Shown: piece by piece, positions 51,183 through 60,759 of the stretch
Layout of the letters: the number at the start of each line of letters is the position of its first letter
Position numbering within the stretch: the stretch's first letter is position 1
Source: an uncultured Candidatus Binatia bacterium
GTDB lineage: Bacteria > Desulfobacterota > Binatia > Bin18
Direction: 5' to 3'
Assembly (NCBI GenBank): GCA_965200965.1
Contig: OZ241744.1
Location: forward strand, 1,920,001 to 1,984,000
DNA: 64,000 nt
The notes under the pieces: generated by a model
The model's database searches: none
The model's input: the letters and a program-made list of their open reading frames with translations, nothing else
Told to the model about the DNA's origin: nothing
Program-made: the position numbers and the translations under genes

Positions 51183-52340
51183 ATGTACCGCATGACATGG
51201 CACAGGCCCTCCGACCAGAGCTTCCCTCTTCACCGCACCTCCGCACCCCCCTTCCAGGCTTTGCCGCTCTACCCCCGCCTGCGTCCCTTTGTCTTCTCCC
51301 TTGCCCCGGAGCGCGCCCACCGTCTCGTCCTGATCGCACTCCGGCTGCTGCAAGCCTCTCCGTTCAAATCAATGCCTCCAAGTGACCCCCGCCTCAGCCA
51401 GGAACTATGGGGGCTGCGTTTCCCGAATCCAGTCGGTTCGGCTGCTGGTCTTGACAAAAACGCCGAAGTCCCACTCGCATGGCCATTCTTGGGATTCGGT
51501 TTTGCCGAGTTCGGTACGCTGACCGCACAAGCCCAGCCGGGCAATCCCAGGCCGCGTGTTTTTCGCCTGGCAGAGGACCAAGCTTGTATTAACCGTTACG
51601 GCTTTCCTAACATTGGAGCGGCTGCCGCGGCTCAAGGTCTCAGTCGTCTGCTGAAGGGCTGCCAGCGTCCCATTCCCTTCGGCATCAACATTGGCAAGTC
51701 TGCGAAGACGCCACTTGAAAACGCAGTTGACGACTACCTGGAGAGCTGCGCCCGACTCCTGCCCTTTGCCGACTATCTAGTTGTGAATGTCAGCTCCCCC
51801 AACACCCCCGAGCTGCGCAAACTCCAGGAAGTTGAACGCTTGGGCAAGCTACTCGAAGCCCTCCTGACACAGGTAATCCAACTCGCTCAACAGACCGCTA
51901 CCGCCCCCAAACCAGTCTTGATAAAAATTACGCCCGACCTGGGCGATACGGCCATTCACGAAATCGCCAGACTCGCGCTTGAACTTGGCATTGCCGGCCT
52001 GATCGCCACCAACACCACCCTCGCCCGGCCCGAGCTGCGCCGCCCCATCAATGAGGCCGGCGGCCTGAGCGGACGTCCCCTGGCCAAGCGGGCCACCGCG
52101 GTCATGCGCAGCCTGTTCCGGACCGTCGAAGGCAAGCTGCCCCTGATCGGCGTCGGCGGCATCTTCTCGGCCACAGACGCCTATGAACGCATATGCGCCG
52201 GAGCCTCCCTCGTCCAGCTCTACACCGGCCTGATCTACGAAGGGCCGTTCTTAGCCCGACGCATCGCCCACGGCCTGAACCATATCCTTGATAGGGAGGG
52301 TCTGGACAACATCCGGGAGGCCGTAGGAAGCAAGACCTAG
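51183..52340 (+). CDS. pyrD: Dihydroorotate dehydrogenase (quinone, class 2)
   Basis: AAGLDKN, GNPRPR, NVSSPNTP, KITPD, GGLSG, VQLYTG; start uncertain. Confidence 0.95.
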   Translation: MYRMTWHRPSDQSFPLHRTSAPPFQALPLYPRLRPFVFSLAPERAHRLVLIALRLLQASPFKSMPPSDPRLSQELWGLRFPNPVGSAAGLDKNAEVPLAWPFLGFGFAEFGTLTAQAQPGNPRPRVFRLAEDQACINRYGFPNIGAAAAAQGLSRLLKGCQRPIPFGINIGKSAKTPLENAVDDYLESCARLLPFADYLVVNVSSPNTPELRKLQEVERLGKLLEALLTQVIQLAQQTATAPKPVLIKITPDLGDTAIHEIARLALELGIAGLIATNTTLARPELRRPINEAGGLSGRPLAKRATAVMRSLFRTVEGKLPLIGVGGIFSATDAYERICAGASLVQLYTGLIYEGPFLARRIAHGLNHILDREGLDNIREAVGSKT

Positions 52341-52407
52341 CGTGACTGTCCGCCTTGTCAAGCGTCTTCCGTCGTGCTATGGAGACAGCCATCCAGGAGA
52401 CGACGTA

Positions 52408-52797
52408 ATGCCCTACTCCCCCGACATCCTTATTGCTTGCCTGATCGTCGCCTGTTTCGGGGCGGGAGCCTGTTCAGACTCCCAAGATATTGCTGGCAGA
52501 TGCCTAGGCGACATCGATGGGACGACCAACGCGAATACGCACCTCTTGGCGAACACAAAAATTGCCGAAGAAGCGCAGGCATGGATTCTCAAACTCGGTA
52601 AAAGTACAGCCGTCGTCAAAACCTGGGGAAACTCCGAGCACGAACTTGCCCGTGTAGAGTGGGAAGGAGGGTATGGATACGCTGAGGCGAAGAGCGACAG
52701 GGATGAAAGAATTATCCTGAAATTCCCTAACCTTATCAAAGGGAATACGCTGACTATGATCTGTGTGCCAACGGAGCAACACTCCAGCTCTGGATAA
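52408..52797 (+). CDS. Hypothetical lipoprotein
   Basis: AGGAG SD, hydrophobic stretch ending AGAC, two further Cys; AT-richer codons. Confidence 0.6.
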   Translation: MPYSPDILIACLIVACFGAGACSDSQDIAGRCLGDIDGTTNANTHLLANTKIAEEAQAWILKLGKSTAVVKTWGNSEHELARVEWEGGYGYAEAKSDRDERIILKFPNLIKGNTLTMICVPTEQHSSSG

Positions 52798-52808
52798 GAG
52801 AGAATTTG

Positions 52809-53606
52809 ATGGGTGAGTCTCCTAAAAATCTTTGGTCTCAGATACAAAACCACCTGTCGACCTTTTGGTCTCAGATACGAGGCTATCTTACAAATGTCCG
52901 GTCTCAGGATACGAGGCCGGCGGGGCATCAAAACCGAGAAACCCAAGAAAAGAGAGGGTCTTGGCTGTCGATCTGTACGCTGTTCGTCATAATTGTTATC
53001 GTTCTCTGGGGTCTTCGTGAATTGCAAAAAGCGGTAGGCAGCTTCCAAAGTCCAGCCGTTCAGGTGTTAGAATCTATCAACATTCAGAAGTTAACCGTGT
53101 ACAAAACCTCCGTCGAGGTAATTACGCGGGCAACCGAAGGAGAGGATGGAAACATCTCTGTCCAACTCCTGACAGGAGGATTGCTCGGCAGAGACAAGCG
53201 CACAGAAATCCTTTATCGCGGCTGTCTCGATATGAGATACGGACTTGATCTTCCCGAATTGACAGACAAACACTACCAAGTTGACGCTGATCTCATTAAA
53301 CTCACCCTCCCTCCGCCTCGCGTCATTGGATCGCCCCAATTTGTAGCGCGGGAGGACTGTATTACGGATGTTATCCGTACTCGTTCAAGTAATTGGTTTT
53401 TTTCTCCAGACACGACAGATATTGTCAAATATACCCGTATCGCTCTGCAAGAAAAACTTCCCGAGTGGATGCGCCGGTACAATTTTGACGAAAAAGTCCA
53501 AGAGCGGACCGAGCAGGTAATCAAGGACTTACTCGAGAGCTTTTTCCCCGGCCACAAAATTGCTATAACCTTCGACGCTTCTGAACAGGAGACTGGAACA
53601 TCATGA
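52809..53606 (+). CDS. DUF4230-like membrane-anchored protein
   Basis: One TM, IQKLTV, YGLDL, LTLPPPRV, helical C-terminus ending in a short strand. Confidence 0.65.
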   Translation: MGESPKNLWSQIQNHLSTFWSQIRGYLTNVRSQDTRPAGHQNRETQEKRGSWLSICTLFVIIVIVLWGLRELQKAVGSFQSPAVQVLESINIQKLTVYKTSVEVITRATEGEDGNISVQLLTGGLLGRDKRTEILYRGCLDMRYGLDLPELTDKHYQVDADLIKLTLPPPRVIGSPQFVAREDCITDVIRTRSSNWFFSPDTTDIVKYTRIALQEKLPEWMRRYNFDEKVQERTEQVIKDLLESFFPGHKIAITFDASEQETGTS

Positions 53607-54232
53607 GCCCGGTTGTTAAGTGGGTTCTTTGGGTTGTTAGGTGGGTTCTTCCGATTGTTGTCGTGGTATTTTTGATCATTAGCGCTCTTAACATAATCGG
53701 AATCGGCACCGGAGGAGCCATCCAACACGACCTCGATACGGTGACAGTCATCTTGGACTCAATGAAGGAAAAAGACGACCTGCATATCACTCGTACAGTC
53801 GCCTCGGATTTCCACGAGTACCATGTCAATTCCAGGGGCGAGGTAGTCGCTCAGGATGAAGGGGACGAGACGGTGGAGTACATTTCCGTCTCGACAGTTG
53901 ATGCGTCCTTACCAGTGTCCAGAATAAGGAGCCACGAAGAGGGCGGCAGATTCACAGTTTGCCTTCCTCCCATTTCTCTCGAAACGGAAATCCAAGAGAA
54001 ACTGAGTTTTATATGGGACGCTTCCGCTAAATTCCCTAATACGGATGTTGAGCAAAAGCTCTCAGACGCCGCGCGAAGACGTGCCGAGGTCATGCTAACG
54101 GCCAGAGGCATCAAACAGCAGGCAGAAGAAAGCGCCCAAATCTTTTTCTCTCAGTTGTTTGAACTGTTGGGGGATACCTCTATAGTCGTCAAGTTCTGCG
54201 AGAAAAGCCCATCCCCATTGCAGGAGGGCTGA
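53603..54232 (+). CDS. DUF4230-like membrane-anchored protein (second copy)
   Basis: ATGA overlap, N-terminal TM, VCLPP, GIKQQAEESAQIFFSQLFELLG..IVVKF. Confidence 0.65.
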   Translation: MSPVVKWVLWVVRWVLPIVVVVFLIISALNIIGIGTGGAIQHDLDTVTVILDSMKEKDDLHITRTVASDFHEYHVNSRGEVVAQDEGDETVEYISVSTVDASLPVSRIRSHEEGGRFTVCLPPISLETEIQEKLSFIWDASAKFPNTDVEQKLSDAARRRAEVMLTARGIKQQAEESAQIFFSQLFELLGDTSIVVKFCEKSPSPLQEG

Positions 54233-54299
54233 GGATCACTCACCCGCCCCCCGGCCGCGACTCTCGCCCTATGTGAACCATCCCCGTCCAGCCTTCAAT

Positions 54300-55757
54300 T
54301 TACAGGGCGGTGGATTGCCACAGCTCCAGGCTGCGGACTATGGCACTCTCCAGCCAGGGCAGAAACCGCGCCTCTGCCTCCTCCTGTGCCTCCTTGTAGT
54401 TGATCTGGAATACCTGATCGGTCACAGGTGTCACCGTGCCGATCTCGCGCTCTCCGTCCTCTGTTTCCACCCGCTGAAACCACGTCGCAGAACAGGCGAT
54501 CACCCCCTGGAACCCGTGACCAAGCCCGTGAAACGCAATCAACAGTTCTGTTCGGTTGGCGTTCTTCATCACCAGGCGCGCCCAGGAACGATAAGTCTGC
54601 GTATTAGCGAAGTAGTTGAGCGCCTTTGCACTCTCAATGATCTGGGAGCGAAAGTAGTGGCTGTTCCGGTCCCCGTCTGCAGCACGGTCGGCGAAAAATT
54701 CGGCGTGTTCGAGAACGCCCCGCATTTCCACGCGCAATTGTTCCGCAACCTCAGCAAGACGGCGTTCAGATTGATTGCATAAATGGGCGGCAATGGACTT
54801 GGCCGATTCCCACTCGGCGACAAGAGAATCCCTGCGCTTCGCCAACTGCTGCCGGACAGACGCAATGGTATCCTCAACACGGCGGGATATGAGGACATCT
54901 TCGGCAATGCTGAGGGCCTTTACGAACTCGGCTCTCTGGAGGCCGGCGAAGTACGCCACCAAGTCCGCCAGATTTCCGTCGTCTGCGGCTTCCAAAGCAT
55001 CAAGATAGCGCTCACGCTCGCGGTCCCTGACCACCAACGGAAACCAGCCCGCCTTGACAAAAACCAGCGTAGCGAGGGCTCGGGCAACGCGCCCATTGCC
55101 GTCCTGAAATGGGTGTATCTGGGTAAATCGGTGGTGCAACCAGGCAGCTTCTACTTCCGATGCGACATCACCGTGAGCGCCATACATCTCGATCAATCTG
55201 TCCATCTCCGAGGCAACCTGCTCTGGTGGACAGTATTCGTGCAACTCTCCATCGGGACGTTTAGGATTGTTCGGCTGAAGTTTGTAAGCGCCTCTGAGGA
55301 GGGGAACCCTTGTCTTCTTACCAGAGGAGTCAATGCCTTCCACCGTCTCCTGATGCTGCGTCATCAGAGCGTGCAGGTCCTTGACATAGCTGGTGGACAG
55401 TGAACGGTTCCCTTTGACAAAATCAAAGACAGCGTCCACTGCTCCCTTGTGATCTTCAATCATTGACACAATGGATTGTGGATTCTGCGCGCTTTCGTGT
55501 GGGATCAAGGCGGCGTTTATACCGCGATCAATCAGCAGTTCTGTCACGCCGCGATCGAGGGTATACAGCCGCTCAATCAACCCGGTCTCAACCGCCCATT
55601 CGCGCCTCAGTCGCTCATCGAATTGCCGGAAGGCGTCCCGATCTTTCAGGCGGTCGTACTGCTCGCGCCAGACTTGCGCCAGGGGACGCAACTCGGCTTG
55701 AGCGAGTTCAGCCGGTGAGCTTTCGTAGTCTTGAATTGGCACCCATCTCTTTGTCAC
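54300..55757 (-). CDS. Fic-family protein with C-terminal extension
   Basis: HPFQDGNGRVARA Fic motif; GTG start with AGGGAGG SD. Confidence 0.92.
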   Translation of the reverse strand: MTKRWVPIQDYESSPAELAQAELRPLAQVWREQYDRLKDRDAFRQFDERLRREWAVETGLIERLYTLDRGVTELLIDRGINAALIPHESAQNPQSIVSMIEDHKGAVDAVFDFVKGNRSLSTSYVKDLHALMTQHQETVEGIDSSGKKTRVPLLRGAYKLQPNNPKRPDGELHEYCPPEQVASEMDRLIEMYGAHGDVASEVEAAWLHHRFTQIHPFQDGNGRVARALATLVFVKAGWFPLVVRDRERERYLDALEAADDGNLADLVAYFAGLQRAEFVKALSIAEDVLISRRVEDTIASVRQQLAKRRDSLVAEWESAKSIAAHLCNQSERRLAEVAEQLRVEMRGVLEHAEFFADRAADGDRNSHYFRSQIIESAKALNYFANTQTYRSWARLVMKNANRTELLIAFHGLGHGFQGVIACSATWFQRVETEDGEREIGTVTPVTDQVFQINYKEAQEEAEARFLPWLESAIVRSLELWQSTAL

Positions 55758-55776
55758 GGTTTCCTCCCTGGTGTCC

Positions 55777-56604
55777 CTACTCGTCCCGCGGCCGCTCGAC
55801 CGACATGCCCAGGATGTTATAGCCGCCGTCGATGTGGACAATTTCCCCGGTGATCTTGTCGGCCAGCGGGCTGCACAGAAACAGCGCCGCCCTGCCTGTG
55901 TCGGAGTTCAGAATCTCGGCCTGAAGGGGCGCAAAGCGCTTCATGTGGTCCTGCATGACGGCAAAGCCGGGGATGCTCGTGCCGGCCTTGGTGGCGGTCG
56001 GGCCGGGCGACAGGCCGTTAACCCGGATGCGGTGGGGGGCGAGGTCGTAGGCCAGATTCCTGATGATATTGTCGAGCGCCGCCTTGGTGATGCTCATCAG
56101 CTGATAGCCCGGAATGACCTTCTCGCCAGCATAATAGGTCATGGCCAGAATGCAGCCGCCGCGGTCTTTCATCAACGGGAATGCACCGCGCGCCAGCCCA
56201 ATCAGCGAGTAGGTGCTGATGTCCATCGCCAGCTGAAAATCGTCCCGCCCGATATCCAGAAAACGCCGCTGAAAAGACGCCGGCGGGGCGTAGGCGATGG
56301 AGTGAATGAGAAAATCGAGTTGCCCGAACTCCTGGCCCAACTCGGCAAACAGCCGCTCTAGCTGCTCATCCTTACTCACGTCACACTCCAGGATGAGCGG
56401 ATCGGTGAGCTGCTCCGGGATTGCGCCCAACAGGCGACGGACGGCTTTGCGCTGAATGGACAGGGCCACCCGCGCCCCGCCGTCGTTCAGCAGCTTGGCA
56501 ATCGGCCAGCCGATCGAGTGTTCGTCCAGGACGCCGGCCACCAGCGCGGTTTTGCCGGAGAAGTCAAGCAGGCTGCCGAGCGGGTTTGGTGTCGCAGCGC
56601 TCAT
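55777..56604 (-). CDS. fabI: Enoyl-ACP reductase
   Basis: GVLDEHSIGW, CDV, HSIAYA, YxxMxxxK (YQLMSITK), ITGEIVHIDGG. Confidence 0.9.
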   Translation of the reverse strand: MSAATPNPLGSLLDFSGKTALVAGVLDEHSIGWPIAKLLNDGGARVALSIQRKAVRRLLGAIPEQLTDPLILECDVSKDEQLERLFAELGQEFGQLDFLIHSIAYAPPASFQRRFLDIGRDDFQLAMDISTYSLIGLARGAFPLMKDRGGCILAMTYYAGEKVIPGYQLMSITKAALDNIIRNLAYDLAPHRIRVNGLSPGPTATKAGTSIPGFAVMQDHMKRFAPLQAEILNSDTGRAALFLCSPLADKITGEIVHIDGGYNILGMSVERPRDE

Positions 56605-56614
56605 CGGGTCTCCC

Positions 56615-57403
56615 TTATTTTCCAGTGAACTCGGGTGCTCGCTTTTCCACAAAGGAGCGAATGGCCTCTTGATGATCTTGTGTATGGAAACAGTGCTTCT
56701 CCAAAGCCAGGGATGTGTCCAGAACCAGATTGGCCGTATCGCGCAAAATTTTATTCACCGACACCTTGGTCCAGCGAATCGCCTTGCTCGGCCCCTTGGC
56801 CAGACGGCTCGCAAACGCGGTTGCCCGGTCCATCAGCTCCTCACTCGGCACCACATGGTTCACCAGCCCGATGCGCTCGGCCTCGTGGGCAGTCACCAGA
56901 TCGCCGGTCATCAGAAACTCTTTGGCCCGGGCTGCGCCGACCAGCCACGGCCAGATCACCGCCCCGCCATCACCGGCCACCACCCCGACCCGCACATGCG
57001 GGTCGCCAATCCGGGCATTGTCCGCGGCGTAAATCACGTCACAGAACAGGGCCAAGGTTGCCCCCAGGCCGGTTGCCGGGCCGTTGACCGCAGCAATAAT
57101 CGGCTGTTCTACCTCCAGCATGTCAATGATGATCTTGCGCGCCTCGGCGAACAGGGCGTCGAGCTGCGGCCCGGTCATGTCCTGAAACCACTTGATATCG
57201 CCGCCCGCGCAAAAAGCCCGGCCCTTGCCGGTCAGGAGCACCACCTCGGTCTCCCGGTCGTGGGCGATATCGGCAAAAATATGCGACAACTCGGTGTGCA
57301 GCTCGGCATTGATGGCGTTCAAGGAGTCTGGCCGATTAAAAGCCAGGGTGAGGATGTTGTCCTTGCGTTCGGCGCTCAGATAATGATAACGGCTGTAGTC
57401 CAT
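56615..57403 (-). CDS. Enoyl-CoA hydratase/isomerase family protein
   Basis: NRPDSLNA, AFCAGGD, AAVNG, DPHVRVGVVAGDGG. Confidence 0.93.
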   Translation of the reverse strand: MDYSRYHYLSAERKDNILTLAFNRPDSLNAINAELHTELSHIFADIAHDRETEVVLLTGKGRAFCAGGDIKWFQDMTGPQLDALFAEARKIIIDMLEVEQPIIAAVNGPATGLGATLALFCDVIYAADNARIGDPHVRVGVVAGDGGAVIWPWLVGAARAKEFLMTGDLVTAHEAERIGLVNHVVPSEELMDRATAFASRLAKGPSKAIRWTKVSVNKILRDTANLVLDTSLALEKHCFHTQDHQEAIRSFVEKRAPEFTGK

Positions 57404-57488
57404 AGTGATCCCCTCCTTCATGCGAGGTCAACAGTGCTCAGGCGGCTTATTATCTGCCAGACACCCCCAACGATCAAGGGAAAACGCG

Positions 57489-58460
57489 ATGCGTATCTAT
57501 TTTTGCCGCAAGGGATTGGCCTATATCAGGAAGGTCTTGCAAAAAGAGTTGCCGGACGACGAGGTGCTGGAGTGCCCGCCTGAGCAGGTCGCCGAGGTCG
57601 CCCGGCAGGCCGATATCCTGATTCCGACGGTCTCGCCGATTGGGGCTGCGGCCTTTGCCGCGCCGCGTCTCAAGCTAGTCCAGCAGTACGGGGCCGGGCT
57701 GGATTCGGTCGATATTCCGGCCGCCACCCAGGCCGGGGTGTATGTCGCCAATGTGCCCAGTGCCGGCACCGGCAACGCTGAGTCGGTTGCTGAACTCAGC
57801 CTGTTCTTCATGCTTGCCCTGGCCCGCCGCTATCCCCAGGCCCAAGAGAGCATTGCCCAGCAAAAGCTCGGCACGCCAATGGGTCTGACCCTCAAGGGCC
57901 GCAGCGCGGCGATCATCGGCTATGGCGGCATTGGCCGCGAGGTCGTCCGCCGGCTGGCTGGTTTTGAGATGGACCGCATCCTGGCCGTCTCCAAACGCGG
58001 CCCCAAAGGCACGCCCGAAGAAAACGCCATCCCGGTCGATTTTCACGGCCGGCTGGGCAACCTCCACGAGGCGCTTGGCCAAGCAGATTTTGTTATTGTC
58101 GCCCCGCCGCTGAACGACGAAACACGCGGCCTGATAGGGCCGGCCGAGTTTGGTGCCATGAAGTCCGGCGCATTTCTCATCAATGTCGCGCGTGGCCCGG
58201 TTGTGGACTACGACGCCTTTCTGGCTGCGCTCAAAGACGGGCGGCTGGCCGGGGCCGGCCTGGACGTGTTCTGGCACGAGCCGTTTGACCCGACCGACCC
58301 CATCTTTTCCTATAATGTCATCGCCACCCCGCACTTCGGCGGAGCCACCGATCTCAGCCTTCAGGGCATCGGCAAGAGAGTCGCCGAGAACGTCAATCGG
58401 CTCAGGAATGGACACGCCCCGCTGAACTGCGCCAATCCAGAGGTAGCGGGCAGACGCTAG
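57489..58460 (+). CDS. D-2-hydroxyacid dehydrogenase family protein
   Basis: GAGLDSVD, GYGGIG, INVARG, GLDVF..EP, TPH. Confidence 0.92.
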   Translation: MRIYFCRKGLAYIRKVLQKELPDDEVLECPPEQVAEVARQADILIPTVSPIGAAAFAAPRLKLVQQYGAGLDSVDIPAATQAGVYVANVPSAGTGNAESVAELSLFFMLALARRYPQAQESIAQQKLGTPMGLTLKGRSAAIIGYGGIGREVVRRLAGFEMDRILAVSKRGPKGTPEENAIPVDFHGRLGNLHEALGQADFVIVAPPLNDETRGLIGPAEFGAMKSGAFLINVARGPVVDYDAFLAALKDGRLAGAGLDVFWHEPFDPTDPIFSYNVIATPHFGGATDLSLQGIGKRVAENVNRLRNGHAPLNCANPEVAGRR

Positions 58461-58505
58461 GCCGACCGGAGCGGAGGGGGGAGAATCCCTCACGCCTCGG
58501 GTCTG

Positions 58506-59639
58506 CTAGCTCCGCTGCTCAGCCTGGACATAGGAGACGGCGTGGTCGCCGGTGTAGACCTGGGTGGGCCGGAAGATGCGGTTGTTCGGCAGCTGCTCAA
58601 CCCAATGGGCCAGCCAGCCGGCCACCCGCGCAATGGCAAAGATGGGGGTGAACTGGTCAATCGGGATACCGAGCTTGTCGTAGACCACCCCAGAGTAGAA
58701 ATCGACGTTTGAGGCAATGCCTTTGCGCCCGACGTGCTCGCCAATCACGGTTTCCACCTCTTGGGCAACCTTATACAGCGGATGCTCGCCCTTTTGCTCA
58801 AACAGGCTGTGGGCCAAGCCCTGCAAGGCAAACGCACGCGGGTCTTTGACTTTGTAGACGCGGTGGCCAACGCCCATGATCTTGGCCTTGGCCTTGAGCT
58901 TGGCATCGATATAGGGCCGCACCTTGTCAACCGTTTCGATTTCACGGAACATGCGCAGCGCCTGCTCGTTGGCCCCGCCGTGCAGCGGCCCGGTCAGCGC
59001 CCCAATCGCCGACGAGACCATCGTATACGGATCGGCCAGGGTTGAGCCAACCACCAGCCCGCTGAAAGTCGAGGCGTTCATGGTGTGCTCGGCATGCAAA
59101 ATCAGACACACATCCATGATGTGGGCTTCGAGCGGGTCGGGCTCTTTTTCGTTCAGCATCCACAGAAAATTAGCCGCGTGCGACAGATCATCGCGCGGCT
59201 TGACCGGCTCGTCGCCGTGACGCATACGCTCAAAAGCGGCCACAATTGTCGGTAGCTTGGCGATCAGGCGCACAATTGACCAGTAGTTCTGATCCTGGTC
59301 GGCCACGTCTTTTGCCGGGTAGAACATACCGAGGGCGGCCACCACCGATTGCAGGGCGTCCATCGGATGGCCGTTTTCCGGGAAGGATTTGAGCACATCA
59401 ACGACCCGGTATTTGATCCGCCGATGGGTGCGGAGGTCGTGATCGAATTTTTCCAACTCCAGGCGCGTGGGCAGCCTGCCCCACAACAACAGATAGGCCA
59501 CTTCTTCGTAGGAGCTTTTCTCGGCCAGTTCCTCAATCGGAATACCGCGATATTCGAGGACGCCTTTCTGGCCGTCGATAAAGCCCACCTGCGACTCCAT
59601 AATGGGCACACCTTCGAGCCCGGGAACAAGTTTCTCCAT
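58506..59639 (-). CDS. gltA: Citrate synthase (short type)
   Basis: GLEG, LHAEH, GPLHGGANE, GVGHRVYK..DPR, NVDFYSG. Confidence 0.95.
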   Translation of the reverse strand: MEKLVPGLEGVPIMESQVGFIDGQKGVLEYRGIPIEELAEKSSYEEVAYLLLWGRLPTRLELEKFDHDLRTHRRIKYRVVDVLKSFPENGHPMDALQSVVAALGMFYPAKDVADQDQNYWSIVRLIAKLPTIVAAFERMRHGDEPVKPRDDLSHAANFLWMLNEKEPDPLEAHIMDVCLILHAEHTMNASTFSGLVVGSTLADPYTMVSSAIGALTGPLHGGANEQALRMFREIETVDKVRPYIDAKLKAKAKIMGVGHRVYKVKDPRAFALQGLAHSLFEQKGEHPLYKVAQEVETVIGEHVGRKGIASNVDFYSGVVYDKLGIPIDQFTPIFAIARVAGWLAHWVEQLPNNRIFRPTQVYTGDHAVSYVQAEQRS

Positions 59640-59694
59640 AGACCAGCCTTTCTACCTGTGCAGGAACGTTCGGGGGCGACGCCAGCGGGGCGTC

Positions 59695-60069
59695 TCAGCC
59701 GTTCATCTGCCGGTTAAATGTGTCAAGGTCGAAGTAATCGCGCCACGACGCAATTTTGCCATTCTGGATTTCAAACACCCCGGCAACCGGCAGCGACAAC
59801 TTTTTCTCGCCCATGACAAAGTGGTCAACCCGTTCATTCATGACCACATTGCCGGCCGAGGTGGTGTGCAGGATATCGAACTGCACGCTGTCCGCGCCAC
59901 GCAGGAAGGGTTCAACAAACTTGCGAATGGCGTCATGGCCGACATACGGCTCCATCGGAATGTTATGGTAAAAGCAGTCCTCCGTGAGGTAGCTCAGCAC
60001 CTCGTCGGTATTCTTGCCTGACCACGCCTGACAAAAGTCAGTGACCAATTTTTCATTGTCTGCGCTCAT
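59695..60069 (-). CDS. Limonene-1,2-epoxide hydrolase / SnoaL-like protein
   Basis: YHNIP, VMNERVD, WRDYFD; AAGGAGG SD. Confidence 0.88.
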   Translation of the reverse strand: MSADNEKLVTDFCQAWSGKNTDEVLSYLTEDCFYHNIPMEPYVGHDAIRKFVEPFLRGADSVQFDILHTTSAGNVVMNERVDHFVMGEKKLSLPVAGVFEIQNGKIASWRDYFDLDTFNRQMNG

Positions 60070-60187
60070 GTCGAGTCCTCCTTTATTCAGGAACGGGTAG
60101 CGTCAGTGCCCCGTCGTCTTCCTATTACCTAGCGGAAATACCCCGGTCCTGGCAAGCCTCTCCGCGGCGATGGAAAACGGGGCTGTC

Positions 60188-60216
60188 TTGACCCGTCCGG
60201 CGCGCTCCTCTAGCCT
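60188..60216 (+). promoter_or_regulatory. Sigma70-like promoter (probably leaderless)
   Basis: TTGACC-17 nt-TAGCCT, 6 nt before ATG 60223. Confidence 0.55.
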
Positions 60217-60222
60217 GCCGGC

Positions 60223-60759
60223 ATGACTGATTTCTACGACCCGTTTTCGCCGGCTGCTCACATCTCTGCGCGTGACCAACGGCCCGAGGTGTGCGAGATT
60301 CTGCCCGGCCTGTTTGTCGGCGAATACCCTCGGCTTGAAGACATTGCCTGGTTGAAGCGCAAGTTCGGGATTGCCGCCGTCCTAAGCCTCCAGGACGACG
60401 ACGACCTTGCGCTCAACCGGCTCAGTCTGCCGGCGCTGGACTCGGCCTATGGTCAGTGCCGGATCGCCTTCTGTCGGGTGCCGGTCGCCGACTTCAACTG
60501 TCAGAGCCTAGCCGCCAGCCTGCCCCAGGCCCTGACCGCGCTCCACACCTTTATCCGAGCCGGTACGCCGGTTTTCGTGCATTGCAACGCCGGCTGCAAC
60601 CGGGCTCCGACCCTGGCCATTGCCTACCTGCACGCCCACCGCGGCTTAGGGCTGGACGAGGCGCGCGACTTTGTTAAAGCCCGACGCGCCTGCGGCCCCT
60701 ACATGCAGGTCTTGCGTGAATACTTCGTGGATTCAGACAGATCACAGTGCGGACAGTGA
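60223..60759 (+). CDS. Dual-specificity phosphatase family protein
   Basis: EILPGLFVG, VHCNAGCNR (HCx5R), AYL. Confidence 0.9.
   Translation: MTDFYDPFSPAAHISARDQRPEVCEILPGLFVGEYPRLEDIAWLKRKFGIAAVLSLQDDDDLALNRLSLPALDSAYGQCRIAFCRVPVADFNCQSLAASLPQALTALHTFIRAGTPVFVHCNAGCNRAPTLAIAYLHAHRGLGLDEARDFVKARRACGPYMQVLREYFVDSDRSQCGQ

Noticed and set aside
52831-52917. Possible mini-CRISPR
   Set aside because: Repeat of about 15 bp with a 33-bp period is too short, lies in frame inside a CDS, and no cas genes are present
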